A DNA stretch of 64,000 nt from an uncultured Lentisphaerales bacterium (GTDB taxonomy: Bacteria; Verrucomicrobiota; Lentisphaeria; JABSQK01; UBA12247). The stretch is from assembly GCA_943788985.1 (NCBI GenBank), contig CALSSJ010000030.1, positions 1 through 64,000 on the forward strand. Reading direction: 5' to 3'. Numbering within the stretch: position 1 is the first letter of the stretch; every line of letters begins with the position of its first letter. The notes beneath the pieces are model-generated. The model searched no databases, was not told the origin of the DNA, and saw nothing but the letters and a program-made list of their open reading frames with translations. This document shows positions 31,001 through 40,299 of this stretch, piece after piece. The position numbers were made by a program, and so were the translations under genes.

Positions 31001-33237
31001 TTGGTTCACCGACGGTTCTCGTGGGAGAGGACAGTGAGTTTACGTTGTCTGTGACCCCAGCGCCTAGCGGAGACGAGGTGATCACCGTGCGCAGTTCCTC
31101 CCCTGTCATCCTGCTCAACGGGCAAAGCGAATTGGTGATCCCCGCTGGGGCACTCAGCGATTCGATCGAACCGATCACTGTGACTGCAACGGTGGCCAGC
31201 ACAGCACTTAGTGACGTCGTGCTGACAGTCTACCGCGATGATGTTGCCGTCTCAAGCATCAATCTGACCGCGGTAGAACTCAACCTCGCTGCCGGGCCGT
31301 TCGTAGCCTGCAAGGGGGCTGAGCTTACCATTCCACTGACATTCAAGCCACAGGTATCAGGTCTGCTTGCAACCGCGACCGTGTCAGGACCAGGCCTACA
31401 GTTCAAGGGCGGACTGAGTACACTGAGCATAGACGGCAGTGATGGGCGCGACGAGATTGTTTTGGACGCGACTGTGGCCAGCGCGGAAGAAGGGGATCAT
31501 ACGATTCGGTTGTTTTTGAACACTGTCGAGGGCGACATTGCGACCGTGACAGTGGTGGATCTGGAAGTCACCGTCCAATCTGATGTCCTCACCGGTGTGC
31601 TTTTCGAATTCCAGTATTCGCTATTGCCGGATCTGCCGGGAACGGTTTTTGAGCTGTTTGCTGGGAATCCGGGACTGGCGGAGTTTCCTTCAGGTGGGAG
31701 CGCGCTGGCCGTGTCTGACGGCAGCGGTACGCTGGCAATCGAATCGCTCGAGCCTGGCACTGTCGACATGGCGGTTTCGTTCGGTGGGACGACCTGCTTC
31801 GAGCACACCTTCACCATCTCGACCGTCGTCTTGAACCTGACCGCGGATCTGAACGGCGATTCCCAGCTCGATCAGGCAGATGAAGACCTCGAAGACACCA
31901 CCGTTTTGACCTTTTCCGAAGCGACGCCGCAGGCCGTACGGTTCGAGGTTGAGGCAGGGGCGGAGGCGTCTGTAGAACTGAGCTACACAGGCACGACTTT
32001 GTGGGAAATCGTCGAGACGCCGGAATTCCCGGTCGCGATCCCTCTCCCTAGGCAGTTTTTCGGCTCGGTCACCGAGGAGATCCAGTTGATTCCTGATCCG
32101 CCAGGAGCCGGCGAACTGATCCTGCGCGCGGTGGGCTCGACTTCGCTGTTTGATCTGATTACTTTCGATTTGCCTGTACAGCAGCTCGATTTGCGGATGG
32201 ACCTAGACCGCAATATGCTGGTAGATGTGGCTGATGAGATCCTCGCACAGTCGCCGATCACACTTTCTCTGGAGGCCGGATCGCAGCTGGAAATGCAAAC
32301 CATCGTGCGAGATGGCAGCAGCGATGCACTGCTGTCGGTGAGCCCCGAATCTACGGCCACATTTATCGTGCGTGACCTCCTCGACAATCAGTTGACCTTA
32401 CCATTCAGCCCCACAAGTGACGAAACAAGCGTTTATTTCATTGAATTCACAAGCAGCGGGCAGATCACGTTCATCCTGAGCGATCAGGATAGTAGCGTGC
32501 GATCAGACCAGGTGCAGGTCACGGTGGTCGCTTTGAACTTAACCGCGGATCTGAACGACGATTCCATACTTAATCAGGCAGATGAAGACGTCGAAGACAC
32601 CAACGTTTTGAACTTTTCCAAGGGGATGCCACAGACCGTGCGGATAGAGGTTTTGTCGGAAGCGACTGTGGAACTGACCGCCAGTGGCGCTACGATGTGG
32701 CAGATCGTTGATACCCTGGGAGTTCCAGTCGCAGTTCCTCTGCCCACGGAGTTCACTGGCCCGCTGAGCCAGGAGATTCAGGTGATTCCCGATCCAGCTG
32801 GGACAGGCGAACTGATCCTGCGCCAAGTGGGCTCGGCTGGAATATTTGACCGAGTGAACTTCGAGCTGCCTGAGCAGGTGCTCAGCTTACGGATGGACGT
32901 GGACCAAAGTTTGCACATCGATGTGGCGGATGATATCATAGCACAGTCGCCAGTCACACTTCCTCTGGAGCTCGGCCTGCAGGTGGAGATGTGGACGATC
33001 GTGCTGGATGTTCTCACTGGGGCACAGCTGGCCGTGAGCGCCGAATCCACTGCCACATTTATTCTGCGCGATGCTGCCGGCGATCCACTACAGTTGCCTT
33101 TGAGTATCACACCGAATACGACTGAATTTTATTCCATCGAATTCACAAGTGCCGGGCTGCTCACGTTCACCTTGAGCGATCAGGATGATTTTGGGATATC
33201 AGATCAGGTGCATATCACCGTGGAGAGTCAAGAATGA
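28066..33237 (+). CDS. 1723-aa exported multi-Ig protein with N-terminal dockerin
   Basis: Signal peptide, then GDFNNDGQAHVDDVVRLANHL...GDLNTDNVVDDTDLQLLADAV (dockerin duplicated F-hand); Ig-like and carboxypeptidase-regulatory-like segments; C-terminal 234-aa duplication. Confidence 0.75.
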   Translation: MRFLIVCALLAALAASAQNRRGDFNNDGQAHVDDVVRLANHLNDRHPLPLPLRLIGDLNTDNVVDDTDLQLLADAVAGTYQLLPYLPPTLNGLSEVTGDQDVTLSGTTMAGAQVTVSDGTQRWQVGADAGGAFSLSVPVTPGTTTVFSVFAEEGENQTTERFFSVRHDDQPPHVVIQGPGHLEVVEEARYVVSGYAWDASSGIERVTVNGLDAIVQQSAHGTVTWSVVIPLVQGVNLLTAVATDGVGIANTQTQAVVFQRRTGPRIQPLSPREITGVSGVPLSEPLVVRLSDADGGVVRKWVSFELISGSGVLSASPTIAADATSRFVQAEATAGVAMAYFQPGPGAGRAANIVEARSQSLGRVRFFVHTVANGDASITILEGDTQMGPLGAPAVRTIRAYASNHGDPIAGLPVSFKTTSEGAWFGTTEPFITGEDGIVEVTALLGAQGVTVEVSAGTHSTVGPIDVALTGLLQGAGQTQLTATVIDTNDEPVTGVELRLTQPDGVVSATTDALGEVTLDVARGAGILEVVGRGNVFRKTIEITDGIVNALGPIRVSAAATATQTVTPGVAASFALGTSASLHFSATALAASATLSVEELPVNRLPGLDAVAANFAFSIHPVEATFAESATLEIANASGYAPGRRIPLLHYSADYQRWQIADVMVASEDGLTLSAGRGIAQGGEYVLAAFPGQARAVGCTVSCEANGGTAGALVAVPAVPERTLFNRGSVATVVLDSATDDGGAIGLDCRDAAALAPVGTLASVVLNGPQNVNVPLAVEHDAELQLDLVRFGGKQGGTYTLTVTREARRGCEPASVESTQEFEIVNCSFRPFSCEGEAALIVLSEAYAESATVDLPAGGAAVVSFRFDVSEIAELPVSITWPERAPEAFQYKPSAESLRVEGTVFQVLNDESTVEVAAARTINTTVIEAEVTEPGRYFAVFDVYLDDSCLRHDCPELVVPVTSGVATVRGTHLSGPGIVGSPTVLVGEDSEFTLSVTPAPSGDEVITVRSSSPVILLNGQSELVIPAGALSDSIEPITVTATVASTALSDVVLTVYRDDVAVSSINLTAVELNLAAGPFVACKGAELTIPLTFKPQVSGLLATATVSGPGLQFKGGLSTLSIDGSDGRDEIVLDATVASAEEGDHTIRLFLNTVEGDIATVTVVDLEVTVQSDVLTGVLFEFQYSLLPDLPGTVFELFAGNPGLAEFPSGGSALAVSDGSGTLAIESLEPGTVDMAVSFGGTTCFEHTFTISTVVLNLTADLNGDSQLDQADEDLEDTTVLTFSEATPQAVRFEVEAGAEASVELSYTGTTLWEIVETPEFPVAIPLPRQFFGSVTEEIQLIPDPPGAGELILRAVGSTSLFDLITFDLPVQQLDLRMDLDRNMLVDVADEILAQSPITLSLEAGSQLEMQTIVRDGSSDALLSVSPESTATFIVRDLLDNQLTLPFSPTSDETSVYFIEFTSSGQITFILSDQDSSVRSDQVQVTVVALNLTADLNDDSILNQADEDVEDTNVLNFSKGMPQTVRIEVLSEATVELTASGATMWQIVDTLGVPVAVPLPTEFTGPLSQEIQVIPDPAGTGELILRQVGSAGIFDRVNFELPEQVLSLRMDVDQSLHIDVADDIIAQSPVTLPLELGLQVEMWTIVLDVLTGAQLAVSAESTATFILRDAAGDPLQLPLSITPNTTEFYSIEFTSAGLLTFTLSDQDDFGISDQVHITVESQE
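31831..33234 (+). repeat. Intragenic ~702-bp (234-aa) tandem duplication
   Basis: LNLTADLNGDSQLDQADEDLEDT (31831) versus LNLTADLNDDSILNQADEDVEDT (32533); downstream parts also align (GELILR-VGS, QSP-TL-LE, FIEFTS). Confidence 0.85.
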
Positions 33238-34475
33238 TGTGGAAAATGGTTACATTGCTAGTCGGCCTTTCTGCGCTGGCCCAGATTAATGAACAGTGCG
33301 TAATCACCGCTGGTGGTAAACCCGTCCACGTGACCGCAGACGGTTTCTACGACCTGCGAGCTGTTCCTGCGGGAGCGCCAGTGCGCCTATACGCCCGATG
33401 TACGGATGCTAGCGGCGTTGTGCGGTATGGTCGCACCGAATTCCTCCAACCCGAAGCTGGCCAGTTGCTGGAAAACCTAGCGTTTAGTTTCTCCGCGTCG
33501 CCATTTCCGCGAGCCTCAGCACTTATCGTGGCGGCAGACCGGACGGCTTACACAATCGGTAAGGACGATCCAGGGCAGCTTTCTGTCACAGCCACTCACG
33601 CCAGCGCGGCTGATCTCGACGTAGCTGACGGTGTGGGAGTGACCTACACCAGCAGCAATCCAGCGGTGGTAAGCGTAAGTGCTACCGGGCTGATTGAGGC
33701 GATAGCTGAAGGCACTGCCGTGATCGGGGTTGCTTATGATGGGTTGCGCGGGGCCATCACCGTCGCGGTGAATGAGTCCGGCAATCAGGCAACCACGGTG
33801 GAAGGTTTGGTGAGATTCGCAGACGGAAGTCCTGTTTTGGGGGCAGAGGTATCTGCCGGCGGCGAGAGCGGTACAACCGATGCCAGCGGGCAATTCAGTT
33901 TTCAACCACTGTTGCTGGAGTCGGGGCCCCTGAGGATTGCCGCCGTGAAGCGGACGGATGTCCAGTACTTCGCTACTTCCGCTGTCATCGATGCTGTTTT
34001 AGGCGGCATTACTGATGGCGGCCTGCTCGTGCTTTCTACACCTCGGCAGGTCGATACCGACGGCGATGGAATCTTGGACGACTACGAGCTGACTCTGTCT
34101 CTGCCTAAACCTCCGTTTCAGTTCGACCTTAACAATCCAGATACAGATGGCAACGGTATCTTGGACGGTGCCGAAGACGATGACGAAGATGGGCTACCCG
34201 ACTTCTACGAACTGCTTATTGGCACCTCCATGATCCAACGTGATTCGGACCACCCAGATAACAGCATCTCCGATGGCGATGAGGACTTTGACTCGGACGG
34301 CCTTACCAACCTGCAAGAGTTTGAGAACAACTCAAACCCCTATCTCCCAGACACCGATGGAGACGGCGTCACTGACCTGGACGAGGTTAACGCTGGCTTT
34401 GATCCTGCGGATGCCACTTCTCACCCCAAAAGAGTTGGATACGGTAGAGCCGTCTCATTTCGCCGCACCAACTAG
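33234..34475 (+). CDS. Exported Ig-like (Big_2-type) protein with thrombospondin type 3-like Ca-binding repeats
   Basis: YTSSNPAVVSVSATGLI; GTTDASGQFSF; DTDGDGILDDYE, DTDGNG, DFDSDGLTNLQE, DTDGDGVTDLDE. Confidence 0.75.
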   Translation: MMWKMVTLLVGLSALAQINEQCVITAGGKPVHVTADGFYDLRAVPAGAPVRLYARCTDASGVVRYGRTEFLQPEAGQLLENLAFSFSASPFPRASALIVAADRTAYTIGKDDPGQLSVTATHASAADLDVADGVGVTYTSSNPAVVSVSATGLIEAIAEGTAVIGVAYDGLRGAITVAVNESGNQATTVEGLVRFADGSPVLGAEVSAGGESGTTDASGQFSFQPLLLESGPLRIAAVKRTDVQYFATSAVIDAVLGGITDGGLLVLSTPRQVDTDGDGILDDYELTLSLPKPPFQFDLNNPDTDGNGILDGAEDDDEDGLPDFYELLIGTSMIQRDSDHPDNSISDGDEDFDSDGLTNLQEFENNSNPYLPDTDGDGVTDLDEVNAGFDPADATSHPKRVGYGRAVSFRRTN

Positions 34476-34531
34476 CGCCGGTCAGGACTCTGCCCGCATA
34501 ATTCACTTAAAAAATCGCTATCGAGCCAACT

Positions 34532-36017
34532 ATGATCACCGACCAGGACCACGAGCAGTTGTGTCGCCATGGGCTTAGCCCAGCACAAGTCGACCAGCAA
34601 CTCAGCCATTTCCAAAACGGCGTGGAGCCAATGAAGCTCGTCCGCGCCTGCACTGTGGACGATGGAATCATTCGACTGCTGGAAGATGATCAGAGGCGGC
34701 TGGACGTGGAATTCGAGGCGGTGGCTGCGACAGGCCGCGTCAGCAAGTTTGTGCCCGCCTCCGGGGCTGCCAGCCGCATGTTTCAGCAGCTGATAGATGT
34801 GTATACGAATGGTGACGACGCAGACGAAGATAGCAAGGAGACGGTCTTGGAATTCCAGGCTCGGCTTGCGGAGTTCGCCTTTGCCTCTGCTGTCGAAGCC
34901 TGTGGCGGCTCGCTTGAAGCCGATACCCACGCTTTATTGGAGCAGTTACTCACCGAGCAGGGTCTGAACTACGCGGAAACCCCCAAAGGGCTCATCCCGT
35001 TTCATCGCTATGCGGACTCCGCAAGGACGCCGTTTGGCGAGCACCTCGCGGAAGGGACCGCCTACGGTGCCGATGATGAAGGAACGGTCCGGATCCATTT
35101 TACGGTCTCTGCGGAACACGTGGAGCAGATTGAAGCGCACTTGGAGCAATGCCGCACACTGTTTCCTGACCATCGGTTCAGGATTGGACTTTCGGTTCAA
35201 CAGGCAAATACTGACACGGTCGCTGCAGATGCGCAAGGCGAGCCCTTTCGTACGGACGAAGGTCGGCTTCTCTTTCGGCCCCGGCGGGCACGGTGCCCTA
35301 CTGGCAAACCTAGACCAGTTTGACGGTGACATCGTGGTGGTCAAGAACATTGATAACGCTCTGCCGACATACCGTGCGGAGGAAGCGTTTCGTTGGAAGC
35401 GCATTCTTACGGCCTACTTGGCAGAGACTCAGGAGCAGGTCTATGACGCACTCCATACGCTCGAACGCGGTGCCGATGCTGACGAGATCGAAGCCATTAA
35501 GGCGCTTTGTCGCGAAACGCTGCACCTTGACATTTCTACTATCACCGGAGACCACACCAGACAGACTGAGGCGCTGGCGACACTTCTGAACCGCCCCATC
35601 CGTATCTGTGGCGTGGTGCGTAATCAGGGAGAGCCCGGCGGCGGACCATTCTGGGTCAGCCGGCATGGGACCGTGACCCGACAGATCGTGGAGCGGGCTG
35701 AGATTGACCTCGACGATGCGTCACAGGCTGCGATTGCCGACTCCGCAACGCACTTCAACCCGGTTGATCTGGTTTGCGGAGTCCGCAACTACCGTGGGCG
35801 CCTCTTTAACCTGACAGAGTTCCGCGATGACTCGGCTGTTTTTCTCGCCCAGAAGTCACATCAAGGCCGTGACTTGCAGGCGCTGGAATGGCCCGGTTTA
35901 TGGAACGGCAGCATGGCCAATTGGATCACCCTGTTTATTGAGACACCACTCGAAACTTTCAATCCGGTGAAAACCGTGATGGATCTGCTGAGGGACGCGC
36001 ACCAGCCACTTTCATAG
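34532..36017 (+). CDS. DUF4301 family protein (frameshift near 35280)
   Basis: KFVPASGAASRMF, PKGLIPFHRY, LLFRP/GGHGALLANL, KNIDN, NQGEPGGGPFW, THFNPVDLVCG, PGLWNGSMANW, FNPVKTV. Confidence 0.88.
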
Positions 36018-36060
36018 TGCGGCCGCGGCCATTAACCATACTTAGAATAGGAGGCCAGCA

Positions 36061-37176
36061 ATGGCTGACGGCGCGCTATCGCGGAAGGCTTACTTGTCGC
36101 GAAACGAAGGAAATTATGATGCCACGATCGAACTTTTCGGACAGAAGTTCGAAAAAGTAGATGACCTGCGTTATGGCACAAACCCACATCAAACTGCAGC
36201 GTTCTACCGGCCCTTGGATATGGCCACGCCAGTAGGCAGCCTCAAGATTCTCAAGACTGGTAAGAGCGGTCTGTCGCAGACCAATCTTGAGGATATCTCG
36301 TACGCGCTGAATATCTGTAAGTACTTTGACCGGCCGGCCTGCGCCTGCATGAAGCATGTGAACCCAAGCGGTGCCGCTGTGCAGGCAAGCCGCGAGCCCG
36401 TAAAGGCCGTGTATCTCAAAGCGCATAGTGCGGACCCGAGAGCGGCATTTGGCTGCGTGGCTGGCTTCAACTGCCAGGTCGATGCGGAAACCGCAGAGGC
36501 GATCATGTCCACGTTTGTCGAGTGTGTCGTAGCACCTGAAGTCACAGACGACGCCCTGGCAGTGTTCGCGGACTATGATCGTTTCAAGCGGAACAAGCAC
36601 ATTCGGATCGTCCAGTGCGGCAACTTGGCTGAGCTGCCGAAGTATGTCGGCGATGCAGGTGCCCCGACATTGAAGGTGCTGCATGATGGATCCTTGGTGA
36701 TCGCCGACCCGTTGCTGACGAATCTACGCAGCGTGGCCGATCTGGGCCCTGCGACGGCAAGTAGCAAGGCACTGGGCGAGGTCACGTCTACGGTTCAGCC
36801 AACCTCGCAACAACTGGATGATCTGCTCACGGCCTGGTACATCAACCTGAACGTGCGATCAAACGGCGTAGTGATCGTCAAGAATGGCGGCGCTCTGGCG
36901 GTTGGTACTGGCGAGCAGGACCGCGTTGGCGCGGTCGAACAGGCGATCTGGAAAGTAAAGGAGAAGTACGAGGGCTTGGATACGATCGCAGGATCGGTAA
37001 TGGCCAGCGACGGCTTCTTTCCATTCTATGATGCGGTAGAAATCGCAGCCGATGCGGGAGTGTCAGCTTTTCTGTCGCCCGTAGGGTCAATCAAGGACGC
37101 CGAGGTGATCAAGCGAGCAAATGAACTGGGCGTGGCCATCTGCCACGCACCTGAGCGCATTTTCTCGCATCACTGA
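36061..37176 (+). CDS. purH: AICAR transformylase (PurH C-terminal domain only)
   Basis: LRYGTNPHQTAAFY, MKHVNPSG, AAFGC, VRSNGVV, GEQDRV, MASDGFFPF; no N-terminal MGS-like IMP cyclohydrolase domain. Confidence 0.85.
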   Translation: MADGALSRKAYLSRNEGNYDATIELFGQKFEKVDDLRYGTNPHQTAAFYRPLDMATPVGSLKILKTGKSGLSQTNLEDISYALNICKYFDRPACACMKHVNPSGAAVQASREPVKAVYLKAHSADPRAAFGCVAGFNCQVDAETAEAIMSTFVECVVAPEVTDDALAVFADYDRFKRNKHIRIVQCGNLAELPKYVGDAGAPTLKVLHDGSLVIADPLLTNLRSVADLGPATASSKALGEVTSTVQPTSQQLDDLLTAWYINLNVRSNGVVIVKNGGALAVGTGEQDRVGAVEQAIWKVKEKYEGLDTIAGSVMASDGFFPFYDAVEIAADAGVSAFLSPVGSIKDAEVIKRANELGVAICHAPERIFSHH

Positions 37177-37372
37177 GAACGAGTTTGTAGCCTGCATAAC
37201 TCACGCCCTTCTACTACGAGAGCTTAATGCTGCACTCACCTTCAACCAGCTACGTTGCTCTCCGATTTCGGTGTATCTCGATACACTCTCATTCAGATCA
37301 CTGCCGTAACTGGCTGAAGGTGAGCACATTAGGCCTTCTCGCGACGAATCGCGGGAATGATGCAGGTTCTAG

Positions 37373-37855
37373 ATGCTGATCCAGCTGATTTTTGTTGGTA
37401 AGACCAAGCCGAAGGCCGCTGCAGCAGCGGTATCTGAGTATACGTCGCGGCTGGAACGTCTCACCCGAATTGGCACGCAGCAGATCCGGGACGAAAAGAT
37501 TGGCCAGGATGCCGACGCCGCGCGGGCTCGCGAAGGTGCGAGAGTACTGGCCGCTCTGCGCCCCGCGGATTGGGTGGTGCTGTGCGACGAGCGGGGCAAG
37601 GAAGTCACCACACCTATGCTGAAAGATGTGCTAGAGCGCGCCCGTAGCGGCCAATCTCCGTATTCAGGACGGCAGCGATTGGTCTTCGTCGTCGGCGGGG
37701 CGCTGGGCGTCGCTGCTGCGGTCAGTAAGCGCGCGGATTCCACAATTCGGCTCTCCGGCCTGGTGATGGCCGGGGGCGTCGCACGCGTGGTGCTAGTTGA
37801 AGCAATTTATCGGGCATTGACGCTTGTCCACGGGCACCCCTATCACAACGAGTAG
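37373..37855 (+). CDS. rlmH: 23S rRNA pseudouridine-1915 N3-methyltransferase
   Basis: IFVGK, EY--RL, CDERGK, FVVGGALG, EAIYRA...HPYHNE. Confidence 0.92.
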   Translation: MLIQLIFVGKTKPKAAAAAVSEYTSRLERLTRIGTQQIRDEKIGQDADAARAREGARVLAALRPADWVVLCDERGKEVTTPMLKDVLERARSGQSPYSGRQRLVFVVGGALGVAAAVSKRADSTIRLSGLVMAGGVARVVLVEAIYRALTLVHGHPYHNE

Positions 37856-38146
37856 TTCGGTCGAATTCGGACTACAAGCTATTTGTCATTTGGCATCACT
37901 TGCCTTCTTCGGGCATATATCTGAAGTGCTAAACAACTATGTTATTTGTTTTTTGACTCGCAACTTATGACTCGCGACGCGCCGGTGAAGATGACGCTTT
38001 GACTCGGCGACAACTCAACCGCGGCGTCAGCCGGAAAACCAGCAGTCAGCGCGTCAAACACTCCAAAAAAACGCGAATCGCAAGTCATGAGTCGCGACTA
38101 GCCCGACTCTAGCGCTCAGGATCCAAAGTCGCGGGTTTCTCTCGGG

Positions 38147-38480
38147 TCATTTTGGTGTAATGATCACCTTGCTCTGCGGCAAGGCGGTCGTGTCGATGTC
38201 GAAGTGGCGATAGATCTGCGCCTGTGATGCCTCAGGAAGCCCTGGCTTACGAATTCGATGAACCGTGCCGTGGACTGTCGGAACGATGACTGTCGCGTAG
38301 CTATGCGGCTGCAAGGCGCTGCGTAACGTCTGCCAGCCGCGGGTGTCTCCGCGCTGGCGTAAGGTGTGCAGGATGTGCGTCAGTACGTAGTAGGCGAGCA
38401 CAGTGATGAAAATGTGCCCGTCCACGCGATCTTCGATCTGATGGAAGTTCTGGTGCAGGCCTAACCCGAGTTTCGCACTT
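38147..38480 (-). mobile_element. IS1634-family transposase C-terminal remnant
   Basis: LGLHQNFHQIEDRVDGHIFITVLAY...W-TLR-AL...T...IRK...Q-QIY matches the IS1634 tail (LGLRPxFHQxExRxxxHxFxxVLAY); N-terminus missing. Confidence 0.8.
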
Positions 38481-38576
38481 TAGCCTACACTCAAGAGTGA
38501 AAATTGGACAAATCGACGTGAGTCGCCACACAAAACGACCGCGTTCAGCCCGGCTGTTACGTGCCGAACTCCGGAT

Positions 38577-39089
38577 TTGAGGGAATTGACTCAATGGCCT
38601 ACACCGTCTTCGACGGCGATCATCAAGAGCATGCTCCAATCTGCAGGATCACGGTCGCCCCTTGGACGAAGTGACGGTGAAGCCTATGCCCCGGGCTGGA
38701 AGCTGATCAATATGCCATTTGTTAGGAACTCCGCAGACCTAGATGCCCTTGCGGGGCCACGGTTGGAATTGAACCACGGGAGCTACCGCCAAGCTGCGGG
38801 CTGGGTGCCAGGGCGTGGCTATTGGCTGAATTGGGAACAGGCACCAAGCGCTGTGACCGTACAACGGGAGGCAACGACCGATTGGGACCACCAGTTCATG
38901 GACAAGGGCTGAAACCTGCCCGGGCCCGTGCTTGAGTGCGCATGTCCGGCTCATCCTGCGATCCTGGCGGTCTATCGCTGGGATGCAATGGCGCAGCAGT
39001 ACGAAGCGCTTGGTGAGGATGACCGCCTACAGCTAGGACACGCGTACTGGATTCACGCCACGCCTGACCTGAGGATCAGCCCCAAATAG
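38577..39089 (+). pseudogene. Truncated surface-protein C-terminal PGWNL module
   Basis: APGWKLINMP...PGRGYW...DKG[TGA at 38910]NLPGP...YRWD...GHAYW; TGA sits where Trp is expected; abuts the IS remnant. Confidence 0.65.
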
Positions 39090-39152
39090 GAAGCTTTAGA
39101 GTCGCAACCAGGCACCAGCTTGGACAGAGGAACGCAGAAAGGCAGGTGCGAC

Positions 39153-40160
39153 TTACTCGGCGGGCTGGGCAATCTCACCTTTGTTGGCCAGACGGTCGAG
39201 AAGAATGACCCCTACGAAACCAGCTACGATGAGAAACACTGCCAACGCGACCGAAGCATTGAAAGAGTCCGGCATCAGCAGGCCTTCGCGAAGAATCTTC
39301 TCCTTGCCCCGCACGACTCGGCTCTCAAGAACTTCGCGCCAAGGCCAGACCTTCTGTAGTGATCCGATCAGCACGCCTGTCAGGAAGCACATCGTGAGGC
39401 TGTAGTAGTGATTCATGATGTGGTTAAGAACCTTAGAGAAGCCAAGTAGCCCGACCAGCGCACCGCAGCCAAAGACGAACATGATTTGAATGTCGTTGTC
39501 GGCAAACGGGGTCTTATGGATTCCTTTGAGGGCGCCGGTGATAAACGCATACTTGCCAAGGATCAAAAGCAGGAAGGAGCCAGAGATTCCTGGAAGGATC
39601 ATGGCTGTGATTGCGATCACGCCACAGAGGAAAATGAACCAATAGGCTTCTGGTGTCTCAACGGGAATGAGATTCACGACGATGTGTGCGAATACCGCAC
39701 CGCCAAGAATCGTGGCTAGGTTTTTCGCGTTCCACAGCTTCTCAATGTGCCCGCCGATCACGATGATGGAGCCAGCGATCAGGCCTAGAAACAACGACCA
39801 GGTATGAATGGCATGCTCATGAAGAAGGTAGTGCACCAGCTTGGCCATCGAGATAACTGAGGTGCCTACGCCTGCGCCGAGGATGATGAGAAAACGAACA
39901 TGTACGACTGAGATTGCTCTAGCGATGCGGAAGCCAAGCAGATGCTGCACTGCTTCTTTACCGATGGAACTGATGGCTGCAAGCAGGTTGGCGTAAATGC
40001 CGGTGATGAATGCGATCGTGCCGCCGGAGACCCCTGGGATCAGGTCGGCTGCGCCCATGACCATCCCTTTCAGGAATAGGCTGATGCTTTCGCCAGGGGT
40101 GCGTGGCCCTGGCGAGTTGAAGACGGCATCCTTGATGGAGAGGTGCTCAGAGTCAGGCAT
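39153..40160 (-). CDS. DUF368 membrane protein
   Basis: MGAADLIPGVSGGTIAFITGIY, AMILPGISGSFLLLILGKY, GSLQKVWPW. Confidence 0.9.
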   Translation of the reverse strand: MPDSEHLSIKDAVFNSPGPRTPGESISLFLKGMVMGAADLIPGVSGGTIAFITGIYANLLAAISSIGKEAVQHLLGFRIARAISVVHVRFLIILGAGVGTSVISMAKLVHYLLHEHAIHTWSLFLGLIAGSIIVIGGHIEKLWNAKNLATILGGAVFAHIVVNLIPVETPEAYWFIFLCGVIAITAMILPGISGSFLLLILGKYAFITGALKGIHKTPFADNDIQIMFVFGCGALVGLLGFSKVLNHIMNHYYSLTMCFLTGVLIGSLQKVWPWREVLESRVVRGKEKILREGLLMPDSFNASVALAVFLIVAGFVGVILLDRLANKGEIAQPAE

Positions 40161-40183
40161 GGCAGGTCTTATCCCGAATACAT

Positions 40184-40215
40184 AAAGAAAAGGGCAACCG
40201 CCGCAGCGGTCGCCC
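40184..40215 (-). terminator. Intrinsic terminator after the large surface protein gene
   Basis: Minus strand GGGCGACCGC-TGCG-GCGGTTGCCC followed by TTTTCTTT. Confidence 0.65.
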
Positions 40216-40299
40216 GTTTGAGTGCCCGTGTGGAGCAGCTAAAAGTCAGTTAGGGACCAGCGGTGTGCCCTCGGAGGATCATTGTCTGAGGGATCGTCA

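Noticed and set aside
34532..36017. DUF4301 split as two genes or recoded
   Set aside because: A single extra base in a C run (CGGCCCCGGC) inside the conserved LFRPGGHG motif is a typical homopolymer error.
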